A stretch of DNA of 64,000 nt from contig JAISKV010000001.1 of the NCBI GenBank assembly GCA_031260805.1, positions 20,978 to 84,977 of the forward strand, written 5' to 3'. Shown in pieces: positions 31,036-42,026 of the stretch. The stretch comes from Rickettsiales bacterium. Lineage in GTDB: Bacteria; Pseudomonadota; Alphaproteobacteria; Rs-D84. The position numbers and the translations under genes are program-made. Numbering within the stretch: position 1 is the first letter of the stretch; the number at the start of each line of letters is the position of its first letter. Under the pieces are notes generated by a model. That model was not told the origin of the DNA. It was given only the letters and a program-made list of their open reading frames with translations, and did not search any database.

Positions 31036-31509
31036 ATGTCAAGACGAAACAGGGCAGTTAAACGGGAAATACTCAACGATTCCAAATACAACAATGCGGT
31101 TGTCGCGAAATGCATTAATATTATTATGCAGGATGGAAAAAAGGAAGTTGCGGAATCCATTGTTTACGGCGCGATGGAGAAATTGAAAAAAATCGCCAAG
31201 GATAACAATGAGCTGGCAATGTTCCTGACTGCGATTGACAATCTGAAACCAAGCGTGGAAGTAAAATCGCGGCGCGTTGGCGGAGCGACATACCAGGTCC
31301 CGGTGGAAGTTCGCCGTGATCGCCAGCAAACGCTGGCATTGCGCTGGCTGGTGGGCTTTGCCCGCAAGCGCAGCGAACGCAGCATGGAAGACCGTTTGTT
31401 TACGGAATTGCGCGATGCATTCGGCGGAACAGGCAGCGCGTTCAAGAAAAAGATTGACACACACAAAATGGCGGACGCGAACAAGGCGTTTGCGCATTTC
31501 CGCTGGTAA
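31036..31509 (+). CDS. rpsG: 30S ribosomal protein S7
   Basis: S7 conserved blocks ([33 protein letters not shown]); start trimmed to MSRRN. Confidence 0.95.
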   Translation: MSRRNRAVKREILNDSKYNNAVVAKCINIIMQDGKKEVAESIVYGAMEKLKKIAKDNNELAMFLTAIDNLKPSVEVKSRRVGGATYQVPVEVRRDRQQTLALRWLVGFARKRSERSMEDRLFTELRDAFGGTGSAFKKKIDTHKMADANKAFAHFRW

Positions 31510-31685
31510 TTTCCGCGCTGCGCGCGAAAATTAATGAATAATGAACAATGAATAGTTGTTCAGCAAGCAAAAGGTGAAGAAAGAATAAAAAATAATAAAT
31601 AATATTGCTGCGAGCAAAGCGAGCACAAACATTATTCATTATTCACTATTCATTATTCACTATTTGCGAACAAAGAGAGCAAATT
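31510..31685. repeat. ~175-nt intergenic repeat family B, copy 1 (rpsG-fusA spacer)
   Basis: Terminator-like GC hairpin, then arm AATGAATAATGAACAATGAATA. Then a core of about 75 nt, followed by arm CATTATTCATTATTCACTATTCATTATTCACTATTT. Near-identical copy at 42994-43177. Confidence 0.85.
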
Positions 31686-33767
31686 ATGTCTGTTGGAAAA
31701 ACCGCACCTTTGCATATGTATAGAAATATCGGCATTATGGCCCATATTGATGCTGGCAAGACGACGACCAGCGAACGCATTTTGTATTACACAGGCGTGA
31801 ATTACAAAATCGGCGAAGTGCATGACGGCGCGGCGACAATGGACTGGATGGTTCAGGAACAGGAGCGCGGGATCACGATTACATCTGCGGCGACGACTTG
31901 TTTTTGGCGCGATCATCGCATCAACTTGATTGATACGCCGGGCCATGTGGACTTTACTATGGAAGTGGAACGCTCCCTGCGCGTTCTGGACGGCGCGGTT
32001 GCGGTGTTCGAGTCTGTTTCCGGCGTGCAGCCGCAGTCTGAGACCGTTTGGCGTCAAGCGGATCGTTATAATGTTCCGCGCATCTGCTTTATTAACAAAA
32101 TGGACCGCACCGGCGCGAACTTCTTCCGCTGCGTGGACATGATACGCGAAAGACTGGGCGCGAATCCGCTGGTCTTGAATTTCCCGATTGGCGAAGAAGA
32201 AGCGTTCCGCGGCGTGGTTGATGTTGTGGAAATGAAGGGGATTGTTTGGGAAGACGAAACCGGATCCACCCCGATTGAAATTGATATTCCGGCGGAACTG
32301 CGGGCCAAGGCCGACGAATTGCACGATCGCTTGATTGAAGAAGCAGTAACCCAGGACGAAGCGGTTATGGAATCTTATATGGACGGATGCGTTCCGGACA
32401 TCGACACGATTAAAAAATTATTGCGCAAGGGAACGATTTCCCAGGCGTTCACGCCGATTGTATGCGGCACGGCGTTCAAGAACAAGGGCGTCCAGGCATT
32501 ATTGGATGCGGTTGTTGATTACTTGCCGTCGCCATTGGATATCGCGGCGATCAAGGGAACAAAGAAAGACGGCGAAACCGAAGAATTCCGCAAACCGTCA
32601 GCGGAAGAGCCTTTTGCGGCCCTGGCGTTCAAGGTTGCGAATGACCCGTTTGTCGGAAACTTGATGTTTATCCGCATTTATTCCGGGAAATTGTCCAGCG
32701 GCTCTTACATTTACAATTCAACGCGCGACAAGCGCGAGCGCGTCGGCCGCATGCTGCTGATGCATGCTAACAACCGCGAAGAAATCAAGGAAGCGTCCGC
32801 CGGCGATATCATAACGCTGGTCGGGATGAAGGAAACGATTACTGGCGACACGCTGTGCGACGAGTCCAAGCCGATCATCCTGGAATCAATCCATGTTCCG
32901 GATCCGGTTATGTCAATTTCCGTTGAACCGAAAACCAAAAACGATATTGAAAAACTGTCATTGGGATTGCAGGCGCTGGCCCGCGAAGATCCTTCGTTCC
33001 GCGTGTCGGTTGACCAGGAAAGCGGCCAGACGATTTTGTCCGGCGTCGGCGAATTGCACTTGGAAATTCTGGTGGACAGATTGCTGCGCGAGTTCAAGGT
33101 TGATGTTAATGTCGGCGAACCGCTGATTGCATACCGCGAATCATTCCGCAAAGCAATAGAAGAAGAGTACACGCATAAAAAGCAGTCCGGCGGTTCCGGC
33201 CAGTACGCCCAGGTGAAAATTAAATTTGAGCCGTTGGAACCGGGCAGCGGATATGAATTTGACAATCAGATTGTCGGCGGCGCGATACCGCGCGAATACA
33301 TCCCCGGTGTTGAAAAGGGATTGAAAATCGCCCAGCAAACCGGCGTTCTGATTGGATACCCGACCGTGGATTTCAAGGCGACTCTGATTGATGGAAAGTA
33401 CCATGAAGTTGACTCTAATGTGTTATGCTTTGAAATTGCGGCGCGCTCTTGCTTTCGCGAAGCGATAAAAAAGGCGCAGCCGAAACTGATGGAACCGATC
33501 ATGAAGGTGAGTGTTACTACGCCCGAAGAATATGTCGGCGACATCATTGGGGATCTGAACAGCCGTCGCGGTCAGATTAACGGGATTGAAACGCAGTTTG
33601 GAAACCAGGTGGTTTCAGCGTTCGTTCCGCTGGCGCAACTGTTCGGGTATATCAAGACCTTGCGCTCGCTGTCGCAGGGGCGCGCGAACCCGTACATGGA
33701 ATTGTCGCACTATGCGGATGTTCCACAGGGCGTGGCGGATGAAGTTATTAAAAAGATGATGAAGTAA
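31686..33767 (+). CDS. fusA: elongation factor G
   Basis: [23 protein letters not shown] GTPase motifs; full five-domain length; start trimmed to MSVGKTAP. Confidence 0.95.
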   Translation: MSVGKTAPLHMYRNIGIMAHIDAGKTTTSERILYYTGVNYKIGEVHDGAATMDWMVQEQERGITITSAATTCFWRDHRINLIDTPGHVDFTMEVERSLRVLDGAVAVFESVSGVQPQSETVWRQADRYNVPRICFINKMDRTGANFFRCVDMIRERLGANPLVLNFPIGEEEAFRGVVDVVEMKGIVWEDETGSTPIEIDIPAELRAKADELHDRLIEEAVTQDEAVMESYMDGCVPDIDTIKKLLRKGTISQAFTPIVCGTAFKNKGVQALLDAVVDYLPSPLDIAAIKGTKKDGETEEFRKPSAEEPFAALAFKVANDPFVGNLMFIRIYSGKLSSGSYIYNSTRDKRERVGRMLLMHANNREEIKEASAGDIITLVGMKETITGDTLCDESKPIILESIHVPDPVMSISVEPKTKNDIEKLSLGLQALAREDPSFRVSVDQESGQTILSGVGELHLEILVDRLLREFKVDVNVGEPLIAYRESFRKAIEEEYTHKKQSGGSGQYAQVKIKFEPLEPGSGYEFDNQIVGGAIPREYIPGVEKGLKIAQQTGVLIGYPTVDFKATLIDGKYHEVDSNVLCFEIAARSCFREAIKKAQPKLMEPIMKVSVTTPEEYVGDIIGDLNSRRGQINGIETQFGNQVVSAFVPLAQLFGYIKTLRSLSQGRANPYMELSHYADVPQGVADEVIKKMMK

Positions 33768-33852
33768 AACAATTAAAAATTAATAATTAAGAATTATAAA
33801 TTGGAACACAGTTATTAATTCTTAATTCATTTACTACGAAGGAGTAAATAAA

Positions 33853-35040
33853 ATGGCAAAAGAAAAATATGTACGCAGCAAACCGCATGTCAATATTGGT
33901 ACAATCGGCCATGTTGACCATGGAAAAACAACACTGACCGCCGCCATTGTGCATTACTATGGCATTGGCGCTGATGCCAAGAAAGGCGTCAATGACATTG
34001 ACAATGCGCCGGAAGAAAAAGCGCGCGGCATTACAATCAACACAGCGCATGTGGAATATGAAACAGAAAACCGCCACTACGCGCATGTAGACTGCCCGGG
34101 ACACGCGGACTATGTCAAGAATATGATTACCGGTGCGGCCCAGATGGACGGCGCGATCATCGTGGTTGCGGCGACAGACGGCCCGATGCCGCAGACGCGC
34201 GAACACATATTGCTGGCACGCCAGGTCGGTATTCCGAAAATCGTTGTTTACCTGAACAAGTGCGACTTGCTGAATGATCCGGAACTGTTGGAATTGGTTG
34301 AAATGGAAGTTCGCGAATTGCTGTCCGCCAATAACTTTGACGGCGAAAACACCCCGATTATCCGCGGTTCAGCCGTTTCAGCGCTGGAAGGCAAAGCAGA
34401 TGGTTTGGGCAAGGAATCAATTGACAACCTGCTGGCCGCGTGCGATTCGTTTATCCCGCTGCCGGAACGCCCGACGGACAAGTCTTTCCTGATGCCGATT
34501 GAAGATGTGTTTTCAATAACCGGCCGCGGAACCGTTTGTACCGGCCGTATTGAACAGGGTATCATCAAAGTTGGTGATGAAGCGGAAATCGTTGGTCTGC
34601 GCCCGACACAGAAAACGACAATAACCGGCGTTGAAATGTTCCGCAAATTGCTGGACGAAGGCCAGGCCGGGGACAATGTCGGACTGCTGCTGCGCGGAAC
34701 CAAGAAAGAAGATGTGGAGCGCGGACAAATCGTGTGCAAGCCGGGATCAATCACCCCGCACACCGAGTTCGAGGCGGAAATCTATGTCTTGAACAAAGAA
34801 GAAGGCGGCCGCCACACTGCATTTTTCAGCAACTATCGTCCGCAGTTCTATTTCAGCACGACAGATGTTACGGGAACAGTGGTTCTGCCGGCTGACAAAG
34901 AAATGGTTCTGCCGGGGGACAATGTCCGCATCACTGTCAACTTGATCGCGCCGATCGCGATGAGCGAAGGCCGCCGGTTTGCTATCCGCGAAGGCGGACG
35001 CACAGTTGGCGCGGGCGTCGTGTCAAAAATTATCAAATAA
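33853..35040 (+). CDS. tuf: elongation factor Tu
   Basis: [22 protein letters not shown] motifs; 395 aa. Confidence 0.97.
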   Translation: MAKEKYVRSKPHVNIGTIGHVDHGKTTLTAAIVHYYGIGADAKKGVNDIDNAPEEKARGITINTAHVEYETENRHYAHVDCPGHADYVKNMITGAAQMDGAIIVVAATDGPMPQTREHILLARQVGIPKIVVYLNKCDLLNDPELLELVEMEVRELLSANNFDGENTPIIRGSAVSALEGKADGLGKESIDNLLAACDSFIPLPERPTDKSFLMPIEDVFSITGRGTVCTGRIEQGIIKVGDEAEIVGLRPTQKTTITGVEMFRKLLDEGQAGDNVGLLLRGTKKEDVERGQIVCKPGSITPHTEFEAEIYVLNKEEGGRHTAFFSNYRPQFYFSTTDVTGTVVLPADKEMVLPGDNVRITVNLIAPIAMSEGRRFAIREGGRTVGAGVVSKIIK

Positions 35041-35068
35041 TTTGGCGCAGCCAAATTATTTGATAGAT

Positions 35069-35130
35069 ATGAAACATGAGACACGAGACATGAATAATCA
35101 TGTTTCATATCTCATGTCTCGTATCTCAAA
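35069..35130. repeat. palindromic hairpin of ATGAAACATGAGACACGAGACATGA words
   Basis: Arm ATGAAACATGAGACACGAGACATGA / loop / TCATGTTTCATATCTCATGTCTCGTATCTCA. Preceded by a small terminator-like hairpin TTTGGCGCAGCCAAATT after tuf. Confidence 0.8.
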
Positions 35131-35160
35131 GAATTGAAAACTGGTCAAGGGAATTAAAAA

Positions 35161-35469
35161 ATGGAATCTAATAAAATTCGTATTAAATTGACAGCATTTG
35201 ATCATCGCGTTCTGGTTGACGCCGTGAACGAGATTGTCAAAGCGGCCAAGCGCACTGGGGCGGATGTCGCCGGGCCGATTCCTTTGCCGACATATATAAA
35301 CAAGTTTACAGTCAACCGTTCGCCTCATGTGAACAAAAAATCGCGTGAGCAGTTCGAGATTCGCAACCACAAGCGGATTATTGATATTGTTAACCCAACC
35401 CCTCAGACAGTTGATGCCTTGATGAAGTTGGATTTGGCGTCTGGCGTTGATGTGAAGATTAAATTATAA
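35161..35469 (+). CDS. rpsJ: 30S ribosomal protein S10
   Basis: [14 protein letters not shown]... conserved S10 sequence, 102 aa. Confidence 0.95.
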   Translation: MESNKIRIKLTAFDHRVLVDAVNEIVKAAKRTGADVAGPIPLPTYINKFTVNRSPHVNKKSREQFEIRNHKRIIDIVNPTPQTVDALMKLDLASGVDVKIKL

Positions 35470-35470
35470 A

Positions 35471-35551
35471 GGTGTAAGTGTATGTGCGGGTGTAAGTTGA
35501 TTTTGCTTACAATTTCACCTGCACATACACCTGCACCTGCACAAAAAGGTA
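35471..35551. repeat. palindromic hairpin of GGTGTAAGTGTATGTGCGGGTGTAAG words
   Basis: Arms GGTGTAAGTGTATGTGCGGGTGTAAGTTG and CAATTTCACCTGCACATACACCTGCACCTGCAC between rpsJ and rplC. Confidence 0.8.
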
Positions 35552-35558
35552 TCAGAAA

Positions 35559-36314
35559 ATGAAACGAAGCGGTTTGATTACAAAAAAAGTCGGCATGACA
35601 CGAATGTACGACGAAGCGGGACGGGCTCATTCCATCACGGTTTTGTCCGTTGGCGACTGTACGGTTGTCGGCAATCGCACCATGGATAAAAACGGCTATG
35701 TCGCCGTGGTTCTGGGCTATATGGGCGCAAAAGAAAAGCATGTCGCGAAACCGCAACTGGTCGCAGCGCAGAAAGCGGGCGTTCGCGCATACCGCAAATT
35801 GTCTGAATTCCGCGTTTCCGAAGATTGTTTAATCCCTGTCGGCACCGAACTGTCGGCGGGGCATTTTGTTGCCGGTCAATTCCTGGATGTCCAGGCGACC
35901 AGCAAGGGCAAAGGATTCGCCGGCGGCATGAAACGCTGGAACAACAGCGGATTGGAAGCATCCCATGGCGTTCTGAAAGCGCATCGCTCGCTGGGGTCAA
36001 CCGGAAACCGCGAATGGCCCGCGCGCGTGTTCAAGGGTCATCACATGGCGGGACAGATGGGAAATGAAACCGTATCCGTGCAAAATCTGAAACTGTTCGG
36101 CATTGACGAAAACGATAATTTGTTGTTTGTGGAAGGGGCTGTGCCCGGCGCGAACGGCAGTTTTGTCATGGTGTCCGACGCGGTGAAAAAAATTCCGTCA
36201 GTTGAACTGCCGGTGCCGACCCGTTTGGCATCCGCGCCAGTTGCGGTAGAAACGGTTGTGGAACCAGCAGAAGAAGTCAAAGAAGAAGTCGCCAGCGAAG
36301 GTCAGGGTGAATAA
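35559..36314 (+). CDS. rplC: 50S ribosomal protein L3
   Basis: KKVGMTRM N-terminus, L3 core; acidic C-terminal extension. Confidence 0.9.
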   Translation: MKRSGLITKKVGMTRMYDEAGRAHSITVLSVGDCTVVGNRTMDKNGYVAVVLGYMGAKEKHVAKPQLVAAQKAGVRAYRKLSEFRVSEDCLIPVGTELSAGHFVAGQFLDVQATSKGKGFAGGMKRWNNSGLEASHGVLKAHRSLGSTGNREWPARVFKGHHMAGQMGNETVSVQNLKLFGIDENDNLLFVEGAVPGANGSFVMVSDAVKKIPSVELPVPTRLASAPVAVETVVEPAEEVKEEVASEGQGE

Positions 36315-36316
36315 TT

Positions 36317-36937
36317 ATGAAAGCGAATATTATAAATTTTGATGGCAAAAATACCGGTTCTGTTGAACTGGATGACGCGATTTTCGGCATAACGCCGCGC
36401 AGCGACATTCTGCACCGCGTGGTCGTTTGGCAGCAGGCGGCAATGCGCAGCGGAAATCACAAGGTCAAGACTGTTTCCGATATAACAGGTTCTTCGCGCA
36501 AATTGTTCAAGCAGAAAAAGACCGGAAATGCGCGCCAAGGCGAACGGTTCAATGTTCACATGCGCGGCGGCGCGGTCGTTCACGGACCGGTTGTGCGCGA
36601 TCATTCGTTTGATCTGCCGAAAAAAATCCGCGCGCTGGGATTAAAAATGGCTTTATCTGCCAAGTTGGCTGGCGGGGAACTGGTAATTTTGGATTCTGAA
36701 AAAATGTCTGCGGCGAAAACCGGCGACATGGCAAAGAAATTGAAAAAACTGTCATTGGCTTCGGCGTTGTTTGTCGGCGCGGATGCGATTGATGCGAATT
36801 TTCAGAAATCAATTGCGAATATCGCAAATATTGACGCGCTGCCGGCAATCGGGTTGAATGTGCGCGATATTCTGCGTCATAAAAAATTGGTCCTGACGGC
36901 GGATGCGGTTGCGGCGGTGGAAAAAAGGTTGGCGTAA
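36317..36937 (+). CDS. rplD: 50S ribosomal protein L4
   Basis: L4 family conserved blocks (KQKKTGNARQG, GGAVVHGP). Confidence 0.9.
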   Translation: MKANIINFDGKNTGSVELDDAIFGITPRSDILHRVVVWQQAAMRSGNHKVKTVSDITGSSRKLFKQKKTGNARQGERFNVHMRGGAVVHGPVVRDHSFDLPKKIRALGLKMALSAKLAGGELVILDSEKMSAAKTGDMAKKLKKLSLASALFVGADAIDANFQKSIANIANIDALPAIGLNVRDILRHKKLVLTADAVAAVEKRLA

Positions 36938-36938
36938 A

Positions 36939-37274
36939 ATGGCTGAAAATAAAGAAAAAATTGTAAAAACGGAAAAGAAAGTGGTTGCGACCGCCGGGAC
37001 TTATGATGTTCTGCGCCGCCCGATTATTTCGGAAAAGTCTGCGAGACTAGCCGAGGCGAACGGCCTGGCGTTCGAGGTTGCAATGAAATCTACCAAGAAA
37101 GATGTTGCAAAAGCGGTCCAGGCAATATATAATATCACGCCCGCCAAGGTTAATATTATCGTGGCCAAGGGCAAGGCGAACAAAGGCGCGCGGTTCAAGG
37201 GCGTCAATGGCGTTCAGAAAGATGTCAAGAAAGCATACATCACTCTGAAACCAGGGGACAAGATTGAAGCGTAA
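36939..37274 (+). CDS. rplW: 50S ribosomal protein L23
   Basis: L23 fold sequence (YDVLRRPIISEKS...KAYITL); start trimmed to MAENKE. Confidence 0.9.
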   Translation: MAENKEKIVKTEKKVVATAGTYDVLRRPIISEKSARLAEANGLAFEVAMKSTKKDVAKAVQAIYNITPAKVNIIVAKGKANKGARFKGVNGVQKDVKKAYITLKPGDKIEA

Positions 37275-37279
37275 TATAG

Positions 37280-37368
37280 ATAAAAGATAAAAATGAAAAG
37301 ATAAAAATTATTGCAGAAATTATTATCTTTTATCTTTTAATTTTTATCTTAAACGAACGAAGTGAGTT
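37280..37368. repeat. ~88-nt intergenic repeat family A, copy 1 (rplW-rplB spacer)
   Basis: GATAAAAGATAAAAATGAAAAGATAAAAATTATTGCAGAAATTATTATCTTTTATCTTTTAATTTTTATCTTAAACGAACGAAGTGAGTT. Palindromic AT-rich arms plus an AAACGAACGAAGTGAGT module ending 5-8 nt before the start codon. Confidence 0.9.
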
Positions 37369-37373
37369 AAATT

Positions 37374-38207
37374 ATGGCATTGAAACAGTACAAACCAAAT
37401 ACACCTGGAACGCGCGGATTAATCCTGGTTGATCACAGCGAACTGCATCGCGGCGCGCCTGAAAAATCTTTGACGCGCGGATTGAAATCCAACGGCGGCC
37501 GCAACAATTTCGGCCATATGGTTGTCCCGCATCAGGGCGGCGGCCACAAGCGGTCTTATCGTCTGATTGACTTCAAGCGGAAATTGCGCGATGTTGCAGG
37601 CACAGTGGTTCGTTTGGAATACGATCCGAACCGCACCGCGTTTATCGCGCTGATTGAATACGCCGGCGGCGCGAAGTCCTATATCATCGCGCCGAAAAAT
37701 CTGGCTGTTGGCGATTCAGTTATTGCGGCGGACCGCGCGGATATCAAGCCGGGCAACGCGATGCCGTTGAAAAACATGCCGATCGGAACAATCATTCACA
37801 ATGTTGAGATGAAGCCGGGGGCGGGCGGACAACTGGCGCGCAGCGCTGGCTGCTATGCCCAATTGATGGGCAAGGACGGCGTTTACGCGCAGATTAAAAT
37901 GAACAGCGGCGAACTGCGCAAGATTCATTCCGAATGCATGGCCACGGTCGGCAGCGTTTCCAATCCTGACCAGCGCAATGTGAATCTGGGCAAGGCAGGG
38001 CGCGCGCGCTGGCTGGGTATCCGCCCGTCAACACGCGGTATGGCGATGAATCCGGTTGATCACCCGAACGGCGGCGGAAACGGCCGGTCCAAGGGACATT
38101 CGCCTGTGTCGCGCACCGGCATCCCGGCCAAGGGATTCCGCACGCGGAAAAATAAACAGACTGCGAAAATGATAATTCGTTCGCGTCATTTGAACAAGAA
38201 GAAATAA
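37374..38207 (+). CDS. rplB: 50S ribosomal protein L2
   Basis: L2 conserved blocks ([21 protein letters not shown]). Confidence 0.97.
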   Translation: MALKQYKPNTPGTRGLILVDHSELHRGAPEKSLTRGLKSNGGRNNFGHMVVPHQGGGHKRSYRLIDFKRKLRDVAGTVVRLEYDPNRTAFIALIEYAGGAKSYIIAPKNLAVGDSVIAADRADIKPGNAMPLKNMPIGTIIHNVEMKPGAGGQLARSAGCYAQLMGKDGVYAQIKMNSGELRKIHSECMATVGSVSNPDQRNVNLGKAGRARWLGIRPSTRGMAMNPVDHPNGGGNGRSKGHSPVSRTGIPAKGFRTRKNKQTAKMIIRSRHLNKKK

Positions 38208-38217
38208 AGGTAAAAAT

Positions 38218-38511
38218 ATGTCTCGCAGTGTTTGGAAAGGACCATTCGTTCATCCTTCGGTGTTAAAAAAGACCGCCAAGGCGAACGAAATCAACGATCG
38301 CAAGCCGATCAAGACTTGGGCGCGCGGTTCAACAATTGTTCCGCCGATGGTCGGATTGACTTTTGATGTCCACAACGGGCACAAATTTATCCCTGTCCTG
38401 GTTTCCGAAGATATGATCGGACACAAGTTGGGCGAATTCTCGCCGACGCGGACCTTTAAGGGCCATGCTGCGAACAAGAAAGCGGCGGCCGCGACCAAGG
38501 GAAAGAAATAA
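38218..38511 (+). CDS. rpsS: 30S ribosomal protein S19
   Basis: [12 protein letters not shown]-terminus, S19 core. Confidence 0.97.
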   Translation: MSRSVWKGPFVHPSVLKKTAKANEINDRKPIKTWARGSTIVPPMVGLTFDVHNGHKFIPVLVSEDMIGHKLGEFSPTRTFKGHAANKKAAAATKGKK

Positions 38512-38535
38512 AATTTGCGCCGCAAATTTTATCAA

Positions 38536-38624
38536 GATAAAAGATAAAAATGAAAAGATAAAAATTATTGCAGAAATTATTATCTTTTATCTTTTAATTT
38601 TTATATTAAACGAACGAAGTGAGT
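38536..38624. repeat. intergenic repeat family A, copy 2 (rpsS-rplV spacer)
   Basis: Near-identical to copy 1; preceded by terminator-like hairpin AAATTTGCGCCGCAAATTTT (38511-38530). Confidence 0.9.
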
Positions 38625-38630
38625 TTAGTT

Positions 38631-39068
38631 ATGGCAGAAAAATATAATATTAAAGAAAATCAGGCGCGCGCATTTGACAAAATGATTCGTGTTTCGCACC
38701 AGAAATTGGGCCTGGTCATTGACACAATCCGCGGATTGCCGGTGGCCAAGGCGGTTGATGTGCTGAAATTTTCCAAAAAGCGCGTTGCCGGTCATGTTCT
38801 GAAAGTTCTGATGTCGGCGATCGCCAATGCGGAACACAATAAAAAACTGCCAGCGGATTCTTTGTTCGTGCGCGAAATCTGGTGCGGCAAGTCAATAACG
38901 ATGAAACGAGTGTATTTTGGCGGAATGACCCAGAACGGGGCGGGCGGCGTTCGTCATATCTTGAAGCCTTTTTCCAATCTGACGATTATCGTGGAAAGCG
39001 GCGCGGCACCGGAAAAAAAGAAAGAAGTTAAAAAAACGGAAGTTAAAAAAGAGACAAAGAAAAAATAA
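38631..39068 (+). CDS. rplV: 50S ribosomal protein L22
   Basis: L22 core (ARAFDKMIRVSHQKL...) plus Lys-rich C-terminal tail; start trimmed to MAEKYN. Confidence 0.9.
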   Translation: MAEKYNIKENQARAFDKMIRVSHQKLGLVIDTIRGLPVAKAVDVLKFSKKRVAGHVLKVLMSAIANAEHNKKLPADSLFVREIWCGKSITMKRVYFGGMTQNGAGGVRHILKPFSNLTIIVESGAAPEKKKEVKKTEVKKETKKK

Positions 39069-39069
39069 T

Positions 39070-39120
39070 TTTCAGAGTTCAGAATTCAGTATTTTGACTG
39101 AACTCTGAAAACTGAAAACT
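39070..39120. repeat. palindromic hairpin of CAGAGTTCAGAATTCAG words
   Basis: TTTTCAGAGTTCAGAATTCAGTATTTTGACTGAACTCTGAAAACTGAAAAC. Same word family at about 20228-20252, 52795-52820 and 60482-60522. Confidence 0.8.
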
Positions 39121-39146
39121 ATTTGCGACGATAGGAGCAAACAAGT

Positions 39147-39848
39147 ATGGGACAGAAAGTATCACCAATATCGCTGCGGGTTGGAATCAATAAAACACCT
39201 GATTCCCGCTGGATTGCGACCAAGCGCGATTATGCGGCAAACTTGGCCGAAGATGTCAAGATTCGCAATTTCATTGAAAAGAAATTGGAAAAAGCGGGCT
39301 TGGCCAAAGTTGTTATTGAACGGTTCGGCAAGAAAGTCGTCGTGACAGTCCATACTTCGCGCCCCGGTATGATTATCGGCAAAAACGGCGGAGATATAGA
39401 GGCTTTGCGCGCAGCGATTAAAAAGTTGAGCAAGAATGACCAGGTTGTCGTGAATATTTTCGAGGTTCGCCGTCCTGATCTGAACGCCAAACTGGTTGCG
39501 AAAAATATCGCAACGCAGATAGAAGGCCGCATTGCGTTCAAGCGCGCGATGAAGAAGGCAATCCAAGGCTCGGTCAAGGCGGGCGCGCAGGGAATCAAGG
39601 TCATGTGCGCGGGCCGTCTGAACGGCGCGGAAATCGCCCGTACCGAACACATGCGCGAAGGTCAGATTCCATTGCACACATTGCGCGCGGATATTGATTA
39701 TGCTTCGTTGCAGGCAAAAACGACCTATGGGGTTATCGGGGTCAAGGTCTGGATTTACAACGGCGATGTCGTAAATCGTGAAAAATTGGCCGCTGAAATG
39801 GCGCGCCCGACGGAATACGCCGCATCAAGCGAAAAAGATAAAAGATAA
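39147..39848 (+). CDS. rpsC: 30S ribosomal protein S3
   Basis: KH domain and S3 C-terminal domain; last codons (EKDKR-stop) fall inside repeat A copy 3. Confidence 0.95.
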   Translation: MGQKVSPISLRVGINKTPDSRWIATKRDYAANLAEDVKIRNFIEKKLEKAGLAKVVIERFGKKVVVTVHTSRPGMIIGKNGGDIEALRAAIKKLSKNDQVVVNIFEVRRPDLNAKLVAKNIATQIEGRIAFKRAMKKAIQGSVKAGAQGIKVMCAGRLNGAEIARTEHMREGQIPLHTLRADIDYASLQAKTTYGVIGVKVWIYNGDVVNREKLAAEMARPTEYAASSEKDKR

Positions 39849-39935
39849 AAATGAAAAGATAAAAATTTCTGCTGGTAAAGGAAAATAATTATTATCTTTT
39901 ATCTTTTAATTTTTATCTGAAATTAGCGAAGAGAG
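39833..39935. repeat. intergenic repeat family A, copy 3 (variant; rpsC-rplP spacer)
   Basis: GATAAAAGATAAAAATGAAAAGATAAAAAT...ATTATTATCTTTTATCTTTTAATTTTTATCT. Diverged centre and 3' module. The 5' arm overlaps the rpsC stop. Confidence 0.85.
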
Positions 39936-39943
39936 CAAATATT

Positions 39944-40357
39944 ATGTTAATGCCGACGAAAACAAAGTTTAAGAAACAGCACAAAGGCCGCATTCATGGC
40001 GATGCCAAGGGCGGATTTGAATTGGCGTTCGGATCTTTTGGGCTGAAAGCGATGTCTCCGGAACGGGTTACGGCGCGTCAGATTGAATCCGCGCGCCGCG
40101 CAATAACCCGCCACATGAAGCGGTTGGGCAAATTGTGGATACGCGTGTTCCCGGATGTGCCCGTCACGAAAAAGCCTGAACAGGTCCGCATGGGCAAGGG
40201 CAAGGGTGCGGTTGAATACTGGGTATGCCGTGTGAAACCGGGCCGCATTATGTTCGAGTTGGATGGCGTGAAACCGGAAATCGCGACCGAGGCATTGACG
40301 CTGGCCGCGGCGAAATTGCCGCTGCGCACAAAGATTGTTGAAAGAAAGGCGAATTAA
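39944..40357 (+). CDS. rplP: 50S ribosomal protein L16
   Basis: [17 protein letters not shown]-terminus; L16 core. Confidence 0.97.
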   Translation: MLMPTKTKFKKQHKGRIHGDAKGGFELAFGSFGLKAMSPERVTARQIESARRAITRHMKRLGKLWIRVFPDVPVTKKPEQVRMGKGKGAVEYWVCRVKPGRIMFELDGVKPEIATEALTLAAAKLPLRTKIVERKAN

Positions 40358-40358
40358 A

Positions 40359-40577
40359 ATGGCAGCGAAAAAAGAAATAAAAAAAGCGGTGAAAGCCGAT
40401 AAAGAAGTTTTAAGCAGCGAAGCGTTGAAAAGCCGCTTGGTGGACTTGAAAAAAGAAGCGATGGAAAATCGGTTCAAGTTGGCGGCCGGACAATTGCCGA
40501 AAACTCATGTGGTGCGCAAAAATCGCCGTGAGATTGCCAGGGTTCTGACCGCATTGAATAATAAAAAGGACGCATAA
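40359..40577 (+). CDS. rpmC: 50S ribosomal protein L29
   Basis: Small helical protein after rplP, 72 aa; start trimmed to MAAKKEIKK. Confidence 0.85.
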   Translation: MAAKKEIKKAVKADKEVLSSEALKSRLVDLKKEAMENRFKLAAGQLPKTHVVRKNRREIARVLTALNNKKDA

Positions 40578-40578
40578 C

Positions 40579-40845
40579 ATGCCAAGACGAGTATTACAAG
40601 GAACAGTGGTCAGCGATGCCAACGACAAAACAGTTGTCGTCAATGTTGAACGCCGGTTCCGTCATCCCTTGTACGGGAAATTTGTAAAACAGAACAAAAA
40701 GTACAAGGTGCACGACGAAAACAACGAATATAAAAAAGGCCAGGTGGTTGCCATTGAAGAGCACCGTCCGATTTCCAAAACGAAAAAGTGGATGGTTCGC
40801 GGACTGGTCGGCGTCGCCAAAGACGCAAGCGTGGATGTGGAATAA
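40579..40845 (+). CDS. rpsQ: 30S ribosomal protein S17
   Basis: [29 protein letters not shown]-fold S17 sequence. Confidence 0.95.
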   Translation: MPRRVLQGTVVSDANDKTVVVNVERRFRHPLYGKFVKQNKKYKVHDENNEYKKGQVVAIEEHRPISKTKKWMVRGLVGVAKDASVDVE

Positions 40846-40975
40846 AAATTAAGAATTAATAATCAAGAATTAAGAATTCTTGAAGATTGATTCTGATTAT
40901 ATAGATAAACGGGGAAAGAGTTCAGGTTTTGATAGAGAATATAATTCTTGATTCTTAATTCTTAATTCTTAATTA
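40846..40975. repeat. long palindrome of AATTAAGAATTAATAATCAAGAATTAAGAATT words
   Basis: Arms AAATTAAGAATTAATAATCAAGAATTAAGAATTCTTG and AATTCTTGATTCTTAATTCTTAATTCTTAATT with about 60-nt loop. Same word family at 3217-3311, 33790-33835, 43580-43615 and 60310-60420. Confidence 0.8.
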
Positions 40976-40979
40976 TGAA

Positions 40980-41354
40980 ATGATACAGAATGAAACAATT
41001 ATGAAAGTGGCGGACAACAGCGGGGCCAAGCGCGCGCAGTGCATCAAGGTGCTGGGCGGGTCTCATCGCCGCTATGCTACGCTGGGCGACAAGATTGTCG
41101 TCGCGATAAAAGACGCTATTCCCAATGGCAAGGTTCAGAAGGGAACCGTTCAGCGCGCGATTATCGTTCGCACAAAGTTCGCGACGAAACGCAGCGACGG
41201 CAGCGTGATCCGCTTTGACGACAACGCGGTCGTGCTGATTAACAAGAATAATTTTGAACCGATCGGGACCCGCATTTTCGGACCTGTCGCGCGCGAAGTT
41301 CGCCGCAAGTACGATGTTCAGAAAATTGTGTCCCTGGCACCGGAAGTTATATAA
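40980..41354 (+). CDS. rplN: 50S ribosomal protein L14
   Basis: [17 protein letters not shown]...[11 protein letters not shown] conserved L14. Confidence 0.97.
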   Translation: MIQNETIMKVADNSGAKRAQCIKVLGGSHRRYATLGDKIVVAIKDAIPNGKVQKGTVQRAIIVRTKFATKRSDGSVIRFDDNAVVLINKNNFEPIGTRIFGPVAREVRRKYDVQKIVSLAPEVI

Positions 41355-41391
41355 AAGTGAAAAGTAAAAAGTGAAATTAAGGCGGGTTGAT

Positions 41392-41697
41392 ATGAAGATA
41401 AAGAAAAATGATGAAGTCGTTGTGATTTCGGGAAAATACAAAGGGGCCAAGGGCAAAGTTCTGGAAGCGCGCCCGACGGAATCCCGCGTGGTTGTCGCCG
41501 GCGTGAATCCGCGCAAGTTTCATATCAAGCCGACCCAGGACAAGCCGGGCAGCATTGAAACGCGCGAAACGCCGATACATGTGTCAAATGTCGCGCTGAT
41601 TGATCCAAAGTCAAAAAAAGCGACCAAGGTCGGATATAAAATTGCAGACGGAAAGAAAGTCCGCGTCGCAAAGAAATCCGGCACGGAAATGAATTAA
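41392..41697 (+). CDS. rplX: 50S ribosomal protein L24
   Basis: KOW motif [22 protein letters not shown]; start trimmed. Confidence 0.95.
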   Translation: MKIKKNDEVVVISGKYKGAKGKVLEARPTESRVVVAGVNPRKFHIKPTQDKPGSIETRETPIHVSNVALIDPKSKKATKVGYKIADGKKVRVAKKSGTEMN

Positions 41698-41711
41698 TAA
41701 AAGCAAGAGGC

Positions 41712-41987
41712 GTGGCGTCTGATTTTTCGGCGGGCAACGCCGGGGGTCAGAAAGTGGTTAAGAAAATTACAGTTCCTGCGATGATATATTATCTGGTTGT
41801 GCAGGGCGAATATATTGTCGGTCAAGAAGATTCGTATCAGATATCTGGACATGACATAGTGGCGAACGGAAAATATGTTATATACAATTCCGAAACAAGG
41901 AAAGTCAGGGTCAGGGCGGTAAAAGAAAAAGATTTATTGCAGAAAACGGTTTTAAGACTGGTTTTGGAAAACGAAAAGAAAAAATAA
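41712..41987 (+). CDS. hypothetical protein (91 aa) inserted between rplX and rplE
   Basis: GTG start 15 nt after rplX stop with AGCAAGAGG upstream. Beta-rich sequence VPAMIYYLVVQGEYIVGQ...GKYVIYNSETRKVRVRAV with Lys-rich tail. Not a known ribosomal protein. Confidence 0.4.
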   Translation: MASDFSAGNAGGQKVVKKITVPAMIYYLVVQGEYIVGQEDSYQISGHDIVANGKYVIYNSETRKVRVRAVKEKDLLQKTVLRLVLENEKKK

Positions 41988-42026
41988 ACCTTGCCTGCTG
42001 ATACAGGCGAAATAAAGGAAAACAAA

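Noticed and set aside
31605-31685. ORF-track N-terminal extension of fusA ([27 protein letters not shown])
   Set aside because: It is a read-through of repeat family B (CATTATTCACTATT words). EF-G homology begins at MSVGKTAP (31686), which has a ribosome-binding site (AGAGAGCAAATT).
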